This document shows positions 60,515 through 61,245 of a stretch of DNA of 61,245 nt, piece by piece. Each line of letters opens with the position of its first letter. Position 1 is the stretch's first letter. A program made the translations under genes and the position numbers. Source of the stretch: Verrucomicrobiales bacterium (GTDB lineage: Bacteria; Verrucomicrobiota; Verrucomicrobiia; Verrucomicrobiales; DEV007); contig JAKSBG010000475.1 of the NCBI GenBank assembly GCA_022361255.1, forward strand, positions 1 to 61,245, in the 5' to 3' direction. The notes beneath the pieces were generated by a model that worked only from the letters and a program-made list of their open reading frames with translations, did not search any database and was not told the origin of the DNA.

Positions 60515-60630
60515 TCTTTATATAAAGAGATGCTTTTGTATAGTGGATTGTTGTAACAGGGTTCTGTAGAAGGTTTAACAGGGTTGCCTCAAATGCTCAA
60601 CAGGGGCGGGTCACTACACAGTCCCCTGTT
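60515..60630. promoter_or_regulatory. AT-rich palindrome plus four AACAGGG boxes (three direct at 22-bp period, one inverted) between divergent genes
   Basis: TCTTTATATAAAGA (60515-60528); AACAGGGTT at 60555 and 60577; AACAGGGG at 60599; CCCCTGTT at 60623-60630. Confidence 0.6.
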
Positions 60631-60711
60631 TCTTGCGTATGCGGACTTGACCGGGGCGGCGAAAGATGTCCGAATACCCGACCGTTCCAATCCCTCCACT
60701 TCTCCCGGGCG

Positions 60712-61245
60712 ATGGACCACTCTCCTGACAGATTTCCCGCTTTCGTCGATTCGATATACGATCGGCCGCGAGAGGGTGTTCGGAATGAGAAGGGCAAGGC
60801 AGCTCGCCGCCGGCGGAGGTTGCGGCGCAGAAGAAAGGTCCGCAGCACGCTCCGCTTCTGCTTTTTCTGTGCGCTTCTCTATTTTGTGGGGCATCCCGTT
60901 TGGAAATTTGCCAACTCTCCGTCCCCCTGGGCTTTTGAGCCCGAGGCGAAGGCACTTCTTCTCGTTCACGAAGATCAACCTCTCCTGAGCTGGCCCGAAT
61001 ACGGCGACCGGCGACCGGTTTCGTTCGATGACCTCAGGAAAGATACGATGAATGCTGTGCTCGCGCGTGAAGATCAGCGATTCTTTTCCCATCCGGGCGT
61101 TGATCCGCAGGCATTGGCGCGGGCGGCGGTGGTCGACTTCAAGGCCCGAAGCATCGTGCAGGGTGGTTCGACGATCACAATGCAGCTGGTCGAGCGGGTC
61201 TACGGTTTTCCTCAGGACACGAAGATGAACAAATTCCGCGCGAAA
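60712..61245 (+). CDS. Peptidoglycan transglycosylase (GT51) / class A PBP, 5' part (runs off window; absent from ORF track)
   Basis: Hand translation: MDHSPDRF...RRRRRLRRRRK-TM-...AVLAREDQRFFSHPGVDP.ALARA...VQGGSTITMQL, which includes GT51 motifs 1 and 2. Confidence 0.88.
   Translation, partial: MDHSPDRFPAFVDSIYDRPREGVRNEKGKAARRRRRLRRRRKVRSTLRFCFFCALLYFVGHPVWKFANSPSPWAFEPEAKALLLVHEDQPLLSWPEYGDRRPVSFDDLRKDTMNAVLAREDQRFFSHPGVDPQALARAAVVDFKARSIVQGGSTITMQLVERVYGFPQDTKMNKFRAK

Noticed and set aside
60555-60630. Possible mini-CRISPR array
   Set aside because: Repeats are 7-9 bp with spacers of about 13 bp, far too short, and there are no cas genes.
60584-61092. ORF-track proteins at 60584-60988 (+) and 60589-61092 (-)
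   Set aside because: The real gene is the unlisted frame from ATG 60712 with GT51 motifs that runs off the window.

Overview
A gene-dense 61-kb chromosomal window. Its gene content (four sulfatases, a PSD/PSCyt cytochrome with DUF1552, a PQQ-like propeller, DUF6807) suggests a PVC bacterium, most likely Verrucomicrobia; this is an inference. From left to right it holds: (1) a nitrate-assimilation operon (ABC transporter, CysJ-like diflavin reductase, NirA, a 4x[4Fe-4S]/DmsC-type membrane-anchor fusion, Mo-bisPGD nitrate reductase); (2) housekeeping and secreted-hydrolase genes (ispD, YqeY, HDAC family, sulfatases, M14 and M1 peptidases, metallophosphoesterase, hflKC, folP, pckG, ggt); (3) dacB interrupted by one in-frame TAG; (4) an HPS-like / Zn-dehydrogenase / TIM-barrel isomerase operon; (5) a stand-alone omptin; (6) an OxyR-type regulator coupled to an unknown His-motif protein; (7) a four-gene exported module: diheme PSD cytochrome, DUF1552, and two tandem paralogues of unknown family; (8) the 5' part of a GT51 transglycosylase at the right edge. 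Non-coding structure includes two different REP-like inverted doublets and an AACAGGG(TT) box that recurs at 22-bp spacing in intergenic DNA. I saw no rRNA, tRNA, CRISPR array, transposase or integrase. The best candidates for an undescribed system are the cytochrome/DUF1552/tandem-paralogue module, the membrane-anchored nitrate-assimilation complex, and the OxyR-coupled protein. All family calls come from motif recognition by eye, not database searches.
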